Below, piece by piece: positions 39,347 to 48,737 of a stretch of 64,000 nucleotides of DNA (position 1 is its first letter; every line of letters starts with the position of its first letter). The notes under the pieces were generated by a model, which saw only the letters and a list, made by a program, of their open reading frames with translations, had not been told where the DNA came from and did no database searches. This DNA is from Lachnospiraceae bacterium. Lineage in GTDB: Bacteria; Bacillota; Clostridia; Lachnospirales; Lachnospiraceae. The DNA is taken from contig CABJAM010000002.1 of NCBI GenBank assembly GCA_902363555.1, positions 489,709 through 553,708 on the forward strand, given 5' to 3'. The position numbers and the translations under genes are program-made.

Positions 39347-39478
39347 AAGATTGCCTCCACAACATCCACTTTATACTTCTTAAAATCATTTTTATAGCAA
39401 TGTTAAAAAAGTATCATAATGTAAATTATACAATAGAAATAGATCACAAACAAGAGCCCCCTAATATATTTGACCAGA

Positions 39479-39513
39479 AAAGGGCAGTACCAAAACGATA
39501 CTGCCCTTTTAAT
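39479..39513. terminator. hairpin terminator downstream of the XRE/lanM transcription unit
   Basis: AGGGCAGTA-CCAAAACGA-TACTGCCCT followed by TTTT. Confidence 0.55.
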
Positions 39514-39521
39514 CCCTATAC

Positions 39522-39842
39522 TCATTTCAACGACCGTATAAATTCCAGCAACGCCCTTTCCGATTCCGGCTTCAATCCCCGGAGCAGCTCGATGATCTCC
39601 CGCTCATTCGGGCTTGGATAAATAATATCCGCATCCTCATCACAAAAAAATTCGCTCAACGACACACCCATGCAGTCCAACAACCGCCTCAGCACATAAA
39701 ATGACGGCTGACTGTTCCCGCGCTCAATGGCGGTTATATGGCTCTGGGATATATCGGATACCAGGGCCAGCCGATACTTACTCATCCCTCTTTGTAACCT
39801 GATCTTTTTCATCGTATAGCCAATGTTTTCTTCCGTTATCAT
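39522..39842 (-). CDS. XRE-family HTH transcriptional regulator
   Basis: HTH (MSKYRLALVSDISQSHITAIERG). AAGAGGTGA RBS before MITEEN. Its 5' end overlaps the lanM 3' end. Confidence 0.75.
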   Translation of the reverse strand: MITEENIGYTMKKIRLQRGMSKYRLALVSDISQSHITAIERGNSQPSFYVLRRLLDCMGVSLSEFFCDEDADIIYPSPNEREIIELLRGLKPESERALLEFIRSLK

Positions 39843-42800
39843 TACCCTCACCTCTTATTAATTTCAACAGGCCATAGCCTATTCCACTAATTCCCGGCAT
39901 AAAACCTGCATTATAAAGCTCCTGAGGTAAAAATTCCATACGCTGCGTTGCTCTGATCAAATCTGTTATAATGTCCGTACAGTATTTTCTCAGTTCGTTC
40001 GCTTTATCGGAAGCAAATCCACATTCTAAAACCATCGCTGCGATCATGGCATTGCCTGTATTTCCATGGCACAGACAATAGCCCTTGCGATATTTATTTT
40101 CCATCATCTTGCTGAGTGCCTTTTGAATATCTTCATCCACGATCTCAGCCGCAATTTCCGGACACATCTTTTTCATGGCAAGACGCGCCATAAGCACACC
40201 GGGAGCACCATGACACCAGGCCACCGTATCAAAATAAGTATCATCACCGGCCGCCGGTTTGCCATGACTTATTTTCCGTAAGTCCTTCCAGTTCTTTATC
40301 GCCGGCTCATAAAGGGAATTTTCGTAAGCCAGCAGTTCCCCCAGCAATAACGCATCATCCGGGTTATGTGTCACGGCATACAAATGAGCGAAGGCTGCGA
40401 TAAAACCACTGTTTCCATGGGAAATGCCCGCCAGCGGAACTTCCTCGCCTTTAATACGCCAGCCTTTTCCCACATCCATCGACTGTGCATGCCCACGTAA
40501 TAGCTGTGCGGCTTCCTCCGCCAGATCAAGATACTTTTGCTCTTTCGTCAGCTCATACAACAACACCCAGGCAACCATCGCGCCTGCATTTCCCGACAAA
40601 AGGTCAAAACACGTATCCTCACGAAATACTTTTTCAAGGACCTCGCTGTGCTTCCGGGCAAAAAGAAGGTATACCGGGTCCTCATAGGTTTTGTACCAGC
40701 ACAAATATACGTAAATCAAAGAGGCTTCCCCGGAAAAGATACCGGAATTGGCCTTCAGCCCGGTCTGGCTGAGCTGTTTCGTTGTATAATCAAAAAGCTG
40801 CCGCCGGATACACATAAATATATTTTTAAATCGGGCTTCCCCCGTAACATTCCAAAGCTCAGACATAAAAAGGCCGGTTCCGGCCAATCCATCATACAAA
40901 TACATATTTTGAACGCCCAGATGCCAATTGACCTCATCCATTCCCAAATAGATCAGCGCCGGCCACAGGGCCTCCTGAGTTACATCATCGTAAATCATCA
41001 GATCCAGCAAATGCCCGCCAAGCCGTACGGCCGTGTCCAGACAATCCTGCTGTGTCCATGGCCTGCTGTTCTCATCATTTTTTTCCAGATATGTATTCAC
41101 ATAGCTTCTGGCCGTATCCGGTATGAGCTCCAGCGACAGAGAGATGATTCCGGTCTGAAAATTCCGGTCAGCACTACACAGGCCGGATAATTTAGCTTTA
41201 AAGTCATCGAGCGCCGACGTTTTATAATAGTTTTCATATTCCATGCCAAAGCTGTCAAACAAAGAGCATGTCGTACCCTTTGTATAAAAATATGGAATAT
41301 CCCGGTAGCTGAGACATTCCGTCTCATACCGGACAATTTTATTCTTCCACGGACCTTTGACCTTGTCACTGTTGCGCAGTTCCCAGAAAAATAAATTCTG
41401 GCGGTACATATCCGTCAAAAACGCCGGGTAGGCGGATGTGCTCATATACATACTATATTGCTGTGTATTTCTAAGCAGGCAGCGGCTGTTCAGATTAAAA
41501 ATATCCTCCGCACCGCTGAGTAATTCTTCCCGGTGAGCACACGCATAATCGTAGGCCATACGAAAACCGGAAAGCAGTTCCTGCGTATATTCCGCCGGGT
41601 CCACCATACTGCCATTCAAAATCGGAAGATTGTCCTTCATCTCGATTTCGGGATGGTACATCACGATTTTCATATCCGAAGTTTTTCCGTTCACGGCACA
41701 CGGCACTTTCACAGGAAGCTTCTGCCGTCCGCCCTTGCCCAGGGCTCCCAGCCGGACACCCCGGCCGTCAAAATTCCATACCGCCATAGGCAGCGCTCCG
41801 GTGGTCAATGTGGAATTTGCCAGCTTGATCAATGCCTGTGACTGGATACTGCCATCCTCACTCTGCCATGATTTCCCCGGAAATGTCTCCAGATCCACAA
41901 GCACAGGATACTCGCCCACAGCCATTATATTTTCATAATGCATATCTTTTATGGAGAACAGATAACAGATAAAAAGCTGTATGCCAAGGCGCCGGTAATA
42001 GCGTCCGATTTCTTCCCGGCGATGGCAATGATCCGTATGTAAAAACTCCGACCAGCCATAGCTGCCCCGGTCCAAAAGCTTACATTCGTAAATGTCCAGC
42101 CCGCAGGCATTGGCAAAACGGCTATACAGCTTTTGATATAAAATATCATTTTTAACTGTTCTCGGTTTATATATCAAGGTGCGTCCATTATCAAAAGTAA
42201 CTTTAATGACAGTTCTTCCGCCAAAATGCGCATCCGAAAAATTCATTTCCAAATCCAAAATTTTTTCGATACGGTTCCCATCCAAAAGTGTCGTCTCAAT
42301 ATCCGCTTTATCATCCAGAAAATGCTGGGTAAATTCCTCAAGATATCTTCCAAGCTGTAATGTCATATTTAAATACAGCCGGAGGATGACCGGATATTTA
42401 TCCAGCAATTTCTGATGATGCTCCCGGTCGGCCAGGTAATGGCTCACATAAAATTCATATTCTTCTTTTGAATTATTCCCGGTAAGCTGCTGTTGATTTT
42501 TCAGAGCCTTCATGTCGTTGATCAAAACTCTCAGGGCCAGAGATTCCGTTTTCTTAAACAGAAGCATGAGAAGCATCGTCTGAATCTGACTGTTATAGCT
42601 TAACCAGACCGTCTCATGGTGCTTCAAAAAATACTCACCGGCAAATCCCATCAAAGGTTCATAAAAGCTGTAAAAACATTCTTCCCGAAGCCAGGCTTCG
42701 TAGTAGTTATGCTCTTTTGCTTTATATTCCTGAATCATCTCGCTTAATATGGCATCATCGTTGTTCTTATAGCAATCGTCCGAACTCGCTAATACATATT

Positions 42801-42891
42801 CAAGCGTGGACTTTCCCAGAAGGTCCGACCAGTATTTGCGTTCAGGTGAATTTTTTAAAATCTCTTTTGCCCATTGATTTTTACGGTACAT
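39778..42891 (-). CDS. lanM: class II lanthipeptide synthetase (LanM)
   Basis: 1037 aa. N-terminal dehydratase domain plus C-terminal LanC-like cyclase with zinc-ligand motifs WCHGAPG and CHGNTG and GxAG repeats. AAAGGAG RBS. Confidence 0.9.
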   Translation of the reverse strand: MYRKNQWAKEILKNSPERKYWSDLLGKSTLEYVLASSDDCYKNNDDAILSEMIQEYKAKEHNYYEAWLREECFYSFYEPLMGFAGEYFLKHHETVWLSYNSQIQTMLLMLLFKKTESLALRVLINDMKALKNQQQLTGNNSKEEYEFYVSHYLADREHHQKLLDKYPVILRLYLNMTLQLGRYLEEFTQHFLDDKADIETTLLDGNRIEKILDLEMNFSDAHFGGRTVIKVTFDNGRTLIYKPRTVKNDILYQKLYSRFANACGLDIYECKLLDRGSYGWSEFLHTDHCHRREEIGRYYRRLGIQLFICYLFSIKDMHYENIMAVGEYPVLVDLETFPGKSWQSEDGSIQSQALIKLANSTLTTGALPMAVWNFDGRGVRLGALGKGGRQKLPVKVPCAVNGKTSDMKIVMYHPEIEMKDNLPILNGSMVDPAEYTQELLSGFRMAYDYACAHREELLSGAEDIFNLNSRCLLRNTQQYSMYMSTSAYPAFLTDMYRQNLFFWELRNSDKVKGPWKNKIVRYETECLSYRDIPYFYTKGTTCSLFDSFGMEYENYYKTSALDDFKAKLSGLCSADRNFQTGIISLSLELIPDTARSYVNTYLEKNDENSRPWTQQDCLDTAVRLGGHLLDLMIYDDVTQEALWPALIYLGMDEVNWHLGVQNMYLYDGLAGTGLFMSELWNVTGEARFKNIFMCIRRQLFDYTTKQLSQTGLKANSGIFSGEASLIYVYLCWYKTYEDPVYLLFARKHSEVLEKVFREDTCFDLLSGNAGAMVAWVLLYELTKEQKYLDLAEEAAQLLRGHAQSMDVGKGWRIKGEEVPLAGISHGNSGFIAAFAHLYAVTHNPDDALLLGELLAYENSLYEPAIKNWKDLRKISHGKPAAGDDTYFDTVAWCHGAPGVLMARLAMKKMCPEIAAEIVDEDIQKALSKMMENKYRKGYCLCHGNTGNAMIAAMVLECGFASDKANELRKYCTDIITDLIRATQRMEFLPQELYNAGFMPGISGIGYGLLKLIRGEGNDNGRKHWLYDEKDQVTKRDE

Positions 42892-42990
42892 GAAAGTCTC
42901 CTTTTAATTCTACTTTGGGATTATAACAGTCTTTCTCTATACAGCCTAAAATCGTATTTAACATAGCCACATAGAATCATAATAATCACA

Positions 42991-43131
42991 AATTATTTTC
43001 TTAGCAGCAAATGATAGTTAAAAACTCACTACATAATGCTGTAATGCTTACAAATCCCTCTACTTCTGTGTTATTCTCAAACTTTTTAATCTCTTTTATT
43101 TCCTCAGCTATGTTAGCTTCTTCAAACCATT
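42991..43131 (-). CDS. lanA: candidate lanthipeptide precursor peptide (LanA), 46 aa, absent from the ORF track
   Basis: Translation MELKWFEEANIAEEIKEIKKFENNTEVEGFVSITALCSEFLTIICC. GAGGTG RBS 9 nt upstream. Acidic helical leader followed by a Ser/Thr/Cys-rich C-terminus. 99 bp upstream of lanM on the same strand. Confidence 0.55.
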
Positions 43132-43168
43132 TTAATTCCATATTTCATTTCACCTCATATGCTTTCAT

Positions 43169-44479
43169 CTAACGAAAAAATGTTATATCTATCCTGAAAC
43201 TTCGTTCATCAAATCTGGTTTCCATTTGACCATTATATTTGTTGACTATTGATTGAATACTAGCTATTCCCCAACCATGGTCGCTGCTTTTGCCTTTTGT
43301 TGATACCATTTGTTCATTTTGTATTATCGGTTTCATTGCAGAGCTATTTTCTACACTTATACCAAAAATATTCCCTTTAGAAAATATCTCAACATCAATT
43401 TTACGGTGTTTAGGTTCGACTTTAAATGCAGCCTCAATAGCATTATCAAGAATATTACCTAATAAAATACTCATATCTCGTTCTGATAATGGATTTTCTA
43501 CCGGAGATACGTTAATATTCATTAGAATCCCAAGTTCCTTAGCTTTTCGCTCTTTGCTATCAAGCATCATATCAATAAGTGGACAATTGGACCGTGCACG
43601 AACTTTGTCATCACCATGACTTAGTTCGCCAAACATTTCATTAAGAAAAGCTCGCGCCGCTCCGTATCTTTCTTCCCTAAGATACCCATCTAAAGTACTA
43701 ATTTGATGTTTTAAATCATGCATTTCCTTTGAGCTTCTTTTATATTCTGCTTTTATTTTTTCATATTCTGCATCCATCATTGCATCGTGAAGTTTCCGCA
43801 AATGAATCTCTTTCTCAGACTGACGATAGATGACTAAAATAATTACTACTATCATCAGTAACAAAGAACAGAAAACAAATAAAAGGTTATAAAAAAATAC
43901 TACACTGCCAGTTTCCTGAAAACCTATTTTCAAAAAATATGTAATTATCCACCATTCTATAAAGGCTAAGGCCACCCATAAAATATTCATTTTGCCTATC
44001 AATATTTTATTAAGTTTAGTTCTTATAACCTTACCCCAAATTTTTACAAAAACAACCAAAATACATGAAATTAAAACCAAATAAATATAGTCGTATATGA
44101 TCGTCTCTTTATTACATTTCAGAAATGGCTTACCTGTAATCCATCCGCTCAAAATTAAGCCTGGCAGTTCTAAAACTGATATGCTCATAAAGTAAATACT
44201 AGACCATGCAAAAGTTTTTAATATATTTATATTCGTAAAAATACAAGCTGAAATAAAATATAAAATCAATTGCATTACAAATATCACATTTGAAAATCTA
44301 ACACCAAACAATCTGTTGATAAATGTCAAACCGCCAATAATACCCATAAACATGGTATATTCCAGTACCCGTACCCACGCCTGCTTAAATCTCCGATGCT
44401 CAGGTACGTCAAATAACCAATAGCCCACCCAAACTTCCACTCCGATATTAAATAAATCCATACACATTCGTATGAACAT
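43169..44479 (-). CDS. AgrC-like multi-TM sensor histidine kinase
   Basis: Six or seven TM helices plus a GHKL ATPase domain. Start codon overlaps the regulator's stop (TAATG). Confidence 0.8.
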   Translation of the reverse strand: MFIRMCMDLFNIGVEVWVGYWLFDVPEHRRFKQAWVRVLEYTMFMGIIGGLTFINRLFGVRFSNVIFVMQLILYFISACIFTNINILKTFAWSSIYFMSISVLELPGLILSGWITGKPFLKCNKETIIYDYIYLVLISCILVVFVKIWGKVIRTKLNKILIGKMNILWVALAFIEWWIITYFLKIGFQETGSVVFFYNLLFVFCSLLLMIVVIILVIYRQSEKEIHLRKLHDAMMDAEYEKIKAEYKRSSKEMHDLKHQISTLDGYLREERYGAARAFLNEMFGELSHGDDKVRARSNCPLIDMMLDSKERKAKELGILMNINVSPVENPLSERDMSILLGNILDNAIEAAFKVEPKHRKIDVEIFSKGNIFGISVENSSAMKPIIQNEQMVSTKGKSSDHGWGIASIQSIVNKYNGQMETRFDERSFRIDITFFR

Positions 44480-45198
44480 TACCTTTTCCTCCTGTAATAC
44501 TCGCTGACTGCCTGTTTCACCTCGCGGATACGGCTGCGGCTGACTTCAACAACATAATCCTTAGTCAGCTCCATTTTGCGATCATCAATACCATTTACAT
44601 GGCTTAAATTGACAATAACGCCTTTATTCACAAAGATAAAACTATCCGAATTCAACACCCTAAGGATGTTGGTCAAAGAACTGCGAACACGATGTTCACC
44701 CGCTCTTGAATATATGATTGAGTATTTCTGGGTCTCTTTCTCAATTTTTATGATATCCGAATGGCAGATCAGAATATTTCCCTGAGGCCGGTCGATCACA
44801 TAATAACGCGCCTTCATTCGTTCCAGTTCCGGTATAATATAATCAAAAGCTTCCGGAAGCTTTTCGTTAATTTTCTCTTTCATAATGTAACGAAAAGCTG
44901 CAACTTCATAACCATCCGTAGCATACTCATTATGATTGGTTATGAATATAATAAAGGCTTCATAATATGCCGACCGTATTGTACGGGCAATGTCGAAGCC
45001 TGTGAACTCCGGCATTTCCACATCCAAAAGATAAATATCAGCTCCTTTACCTTCCAGAATGTCCTGTTTCAGAAAAGAACTGCTTTCATAAGATTCAATT
45101 TGAATCTCTCCCCCTCGTTTTTCAGAATACTCCCTGACCACATTTTCGATATGCCGGATATTCTCCGCTTCATCATCGGCAATGGCAATTTTAATCAC
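44479..45198 (-). CDS. LytTR-family response regulator (AgrA-like)
   Basis: Receiver domain plus LytTR domain. GTG start with AAAGGAGG RBS. Confidence 0.85.
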   Translation of the reverse strand: MIKIAIADDEAENIRHIENVVREYSEKRGGEIQIESYESSSFLKQDILEGKGADIYLLDVEMPEFTGFDIARTIRSAYYEAFIIFITNHNEYATDGYEVAAFRYIMKEKINEKLPEAFDYIIPELERMKARYYVIDRPQGNILICHSDIIKIEKETQKYSIIYSRAGEHRVRSSLTNILRVLNSDSFIFVNKGVIVNLSHVNGIDDRKMELTKDYVVEVSRSRIREVKQAVSEYYRRKR

Positions 45199-45435
45199 TC
45201 ACTCCCCTCCTTTCTTTTTAAAAGTAAGCGGAAGTATTGGCTAAATATTGGTTGTCCATATTATACTATAAAATTTCCACTTATTACCATCTTGTCCACA
45301 AAAAGTGATATACTGTCCACTTTTTCGTCAAAAAGGGTTATATTCCGACATTATATGTGGTTTAGCCATTCCTAACCAATAATAATCACAAAAGTTACCT
45401 CTAATCATTATAGCACATAGCGACCACATATTGCC

Positions 45436-45474
45436 AAAAAATCCCAGAAACAATTCTGCTCCTGGGATTTTTCT
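45436..45474. terminator. hairpin terminator downstream of the aldo/keto reductase gene
   Basis: ATCCCAG...CTGGGAT followed by TTTTT. Confidence 0.55.
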
Positions 45475-45496
45475 ATAATGTTCATATTCATTTTTA

Positions 45497-46489
45497 CTAC
45501 TTAAAACTTATCTCATCAATCTTCTGCAATTCCTCCGCAGAAAACTCTGTCCGGTGCATTGCCTGGATATTTTCCAAAAGCTGCTCCGGCTTTGAGGCCC
45601 CCACAAGGACACTGGTCACGATACCATCGCGAAGAATCCAGCTCAATGCCATTTCCGCCAATGTCTGTCCGCGGCTCTCCGCGATCGTATTCAGTTCCCG
45701 TATCTGCTGCAAACGTACATCCGTGATCGCATTGGCATTAAGAAAACGGCCATCCGTCTTGACGCGGCTGTCCTCAGGTATTCCATTAAGATACCGTTTC
45801 GTCAGCATTCCCTGTTCCAATGGACTGAATGCGATGATTCCCTTGCCTTCCGCAGCCGCAGCCGCTTTCAAACCGTTATTTTCGATTGTTCGATCCAGGA
45901 TGGAGTAACGGTTCTGATTAATTACAAATGGACAATGCAGGTCTTTTAAAATCGCCGCTGCTTTTTCCATCGTCGGCCCATCGTAATTGGAAATTCCGGC
46001 ATAGAGGGCTTTTCCGCTGTGCACAGCCTGGGCCAGTGCCCCCATCGTCTCCTCCAGCGGAGTTTCCGGGTCCATACGGTGATGATAAAAAATGTCTACA
46101 TACTCCAGCCCCATACGCTTTAAGCTCTGATCCAGGCTGGCCAGCAAATACTTGCGGCTTCCCCAGTTTCCATAAGGCCCCTCCCACATATCATAACCGG
46201 CTTTCGTGCTGATGATCATCTCATCCCGGTAAGGCATAAAGTATTCCTTCAAAATCCTGCCGAAATGAATCTCCGCACTGCCGGGCAGAGGGCCATAATT
46301 GTTCGCCAGATCAAAGTGCGTGATTCCGTTATCAAAGGCGGTAAAACACAGCGCCTTCATACGCTCATAGGATGCCGTATCGCCAAAATTATGCCACAGA
46401 CCAAAGGATATGGCCGGAAGCTTGAGCCCGCTTTTTCCACAGCGGTGGTAGATCATCGTTTCATAACGTTTATCGGATGCCTGATACAT
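45497..46489 (-). CDS. aldo/keto reductase
   Basis: AKR fold and conserved motifs. GAGGAGG RBS. Confidence 0.9.
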   Translation of the reverse strand: MYQASDKRYETMIYHRCGKSGLKLPAISFGLWHNFGDTASYERMKALCFTAFDNGITHFDLANNYGPLPGSAEIHFGRILKEYFMPYRDEMIISTKAGYDMWEGPYGNWGSRKYLLASLDQSLKRMGLEYVDIFYHHRMDPETPLEETMGALAQAVHSGKALYAGISNYDGPTMEKAAAILKDLHCPFVINQNRYSILDRTIENNGLKAAAAAEGKGIIAFSPLEQGMLTKRYLNGIPEDSRVKTDGRFLNANAITDVRLQQIRELNTIAESRGQTLAEMALSWILRDGIVTSVLVGASKPEQLLENIQAMHRTEFSAEELQKIDEISFK

Positions 46490-46528
46490 TTAAAAATCCT
46501 CCTCAAATCAATATATTTTATATTTACA

Positions 46529-46559
46529 ATGCTATCACTTCAAGTGTACTTGAAGTCAA
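46529..46559 (-). promoter_or_regulatory. MerR-type promoter for the AKR gene: TTGACT, 19-bp spacer containing a 20-bp dyad, TAGCAT
   Basis: On the minus strand, TTGACT-tcaagtacacttgaagtga-TAGCAT. Dyad ACTTCAAGTGTACTTGAAGT at 46537-46556. Confidence 0.55.
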
Positions 46560-46747
46560 GAGGATTTTTGTAAAATGTAGTATTAAATTCGTACTCTCGT
46601 AAAACTAATTTTTCCTGTCCTGCCTATAAAAAACCTTATAATCAAGAGAAGTAAAGATACTCTATATAGAAAAACAGCCAAAAAAATGTTACAATAAAAA
46701 TTACCATAAAAGAGGAATCGCCATCAACCGCCCGGAGGAATTAAATC

Positions 46748-47158
46748 ATGCACACATACACAATTAAAGAGGTATCCCAAATGTTCTCCCTTCCGGCCTC
46801 CACCCTTCGCTATTACGAGGACATGGGCATCCTGACCCATGTGGAGCGAACGCCGTCAAATCAGCGTATCTACACACAGGAGCACATAAACCGCCTGGGA
46901 ACGATCTGCTGCTTTAAAGGCACAGGCATGTCAATCGCCCAGCTCCAGGCCTTTTTCAACTATGAGGAGGACGAATCCAGACACATTGACGATATACTTG
47001 AACTGCTGGAAACCCAGGAAGCCCATGTGGCCAGCCAGTTTGCCCAGCTCCAGAAGGATTACGCCCACGTCCAGCGCAAACTGCGCTATTACCGGGCCAT
47101 AAAAACGGCCATCGACCACCACCAGCCACGGCCGGACTGGAACGATTACAAAAATTAG
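46748..47158 (+). CDS. MerR-family transcriptional regulator
   Basis: N-terminal MerR HTH (YTIKEVSQMFSLPASTLRYYEDMGIL). GGAGG RBS. Confidence 0.9.
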   Translation: MHTYTIKEVSQMFSLPASTLRYYEDMGILTHVERTPSNQRIYTQEHINRLGTICCFKGTGMSIAQLQAFFNYEEDESRHIDDILELLETQEAHVASQFAQLQKDYAHVQRKLRYYRAIKTAIDHHQPRPDWNDYKN

Positions 47159-47273
47159 CAAGCGATCAAAGGACGCCCGCCAACAATTTTTTATGCGTCG
47201 CACGAAGCAGCCAATAGTAACAGTTCAGAGGAACCAAACGGCTGCGCACATACCGTATTAGGGGGAACAAATC

Positions 47274-48737
47274 ATGTATGATGTTAAAGGAAAATCCATT
47301 AAAGAATTACAGCTGGCCATGATTTCCAAAGAAACAACGTCTCTGGAAATCACACTGGCCTATATGAAACGTATCGAAAAATATGACAAACAGGGTATTG
47401 CCGTCAATGCAGTTGCGGAAATCAATCCGGACGCCCTGATCATAGCCGACGCCATGGACAGGGAGCTCCGCGCCGGAAACTACCGGGGTATCCTCCACGG
47501 TATTCCCATTATGCTCAAGGATAATGTGAGCACACACGATAAAATGCGCACAACTGCCGGTTCCGTCGCATTGAAAAATAACTATGCCCGCGAGGACGCC
47601 GCACTTGTAAAAAAACTGCGCGATGCCGGCGCCGTTATTCTTGGGAAATTAAATATGACTGAGTTTGCCAACTTTATGACCATGGATTCCGTCAATGGCT
47701 TTTCCGCCCTTGGCGGACAGGTGAAAAATCCCCACGATGTGACAAAGGACGTTTCCGGCTCCAGTTCCGGCAGCGCAGTGGCCGCCGCCTGTGAGTTTTG
47801 CGCTGCTGCCGTGGGAACTGAAACGAGCGGTTCCATTATCTCTCCATCCCGGGCCAATGGGGTGGCCGGTCTGAAGCCCACCGTGGGCGCCATCAGCCGG
47901 TACGGGATCATTCCTATAAACAATCAGGATACCGCCGGCCCCATCGGCCGCAGCGTGGAGGATTGCGCGTTCCTGTTCGCCGCCATGACCGGGGAGGATG
48001 TCAACGATCCGGCCACCTGGAGCACACCGATATTATCCGGGAACCGCCCTGAACGGATCATCGAAGCGGCACTGCACACGTATTCCATTCAGAACATGCG
48101 TATCGGTGTGGTCGATTCCATGACGGAGGGGTTATCTAAGAGCTGCCGTGAACATTTTGACCGCGCAGTGGAAGCCTTTCAAGCGCTGGGCGCCACATGC
48201 CATATGGGCTGCCGCGTGCCGGAGGGGCTGCCATGGGGTATCAGCGATGATCCGCTGGAGGAATGTCCATCCATGGTCTACGATTTTAAAAGCGCCATAG
48301 ACAATTATCTTACGAATTTTTGCAGTGTTCCGGGCATACGGACACTGGAGGATATCATCGAATTTAACCGGCAGGATTTAAAAAACCGCGCCCCATTCGG
48401 GCAGAATATTCTGGAAGCAGCCGCCGGCCGCTGCCTTGGCCGCCAGACTGATCCGGAACATCTTAAGCATCAAATCTGGCGGATGGAACACGCCCGCGCC
48501 AGCCTGGACGCCATGTTTGATGAAAATAATGTGGACATTGTCCTGCTGCCACGTTACGTTAATGTGACCGCCAGCGCCGGATACCCCATTCTGACCATTC
48601 CTGCCGGATTGGATGAACACCGGATGCCCTTCGGAATCTGCCTGATCGCCCGCGCTTACGACGATCATCGGCTGATCGCCGCCGGCTGCGCTTACGAACA
48701 GTTTATTAAAGGCTTTCATGCGCCTGAGCTGACTTAA
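47274..48737 (+). CDS. amidase (amidase-signature family)
   Basis: GGSSSGSAVAAA...GTETSGSIISPS signature. Confidence 0.9.
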   Translation: MYDVKGKSIKELQLAMISKETTSLEITLAYMKRIEKYDKQGIAVNAVAEINPDALIIADAMDRELRAGNYRGILHGIPIMLKDNVSTHDKMRTTAGSVALKNNYAREDAALVKKLRDAGAVILGKLNMTEFANFMTMDSVNGFSALGGQVKNPHDVTKDVSGSSSGSAVAAACEFCAAAVGTETSGSIISPSRANGVAGLKPTVGAISRYGIIPINNQDTAGPIGRSVEDCAFLFAAMTGEDVNDPATWSTPILSGNRPERIIEAALHTYSIQNMRIGVVDSMTEGLSKSCREHFDRAVEAFQALGATCHMGCRVPEGLPWGISDDPLEECPSMVYDFKSAIDNYLTNFCSVPGIRTLEDIIEFNRQDLKNRAPFGQNILEAAAGRCLGRQTDPEHLKHQIWRMEHARASLDAMFDENNVDIVLLPRYVNVTASAGYPILTIPAGLDEHRMPFGICLIARAYDDHRLIAAGCAYEQFIKGFHAPELT

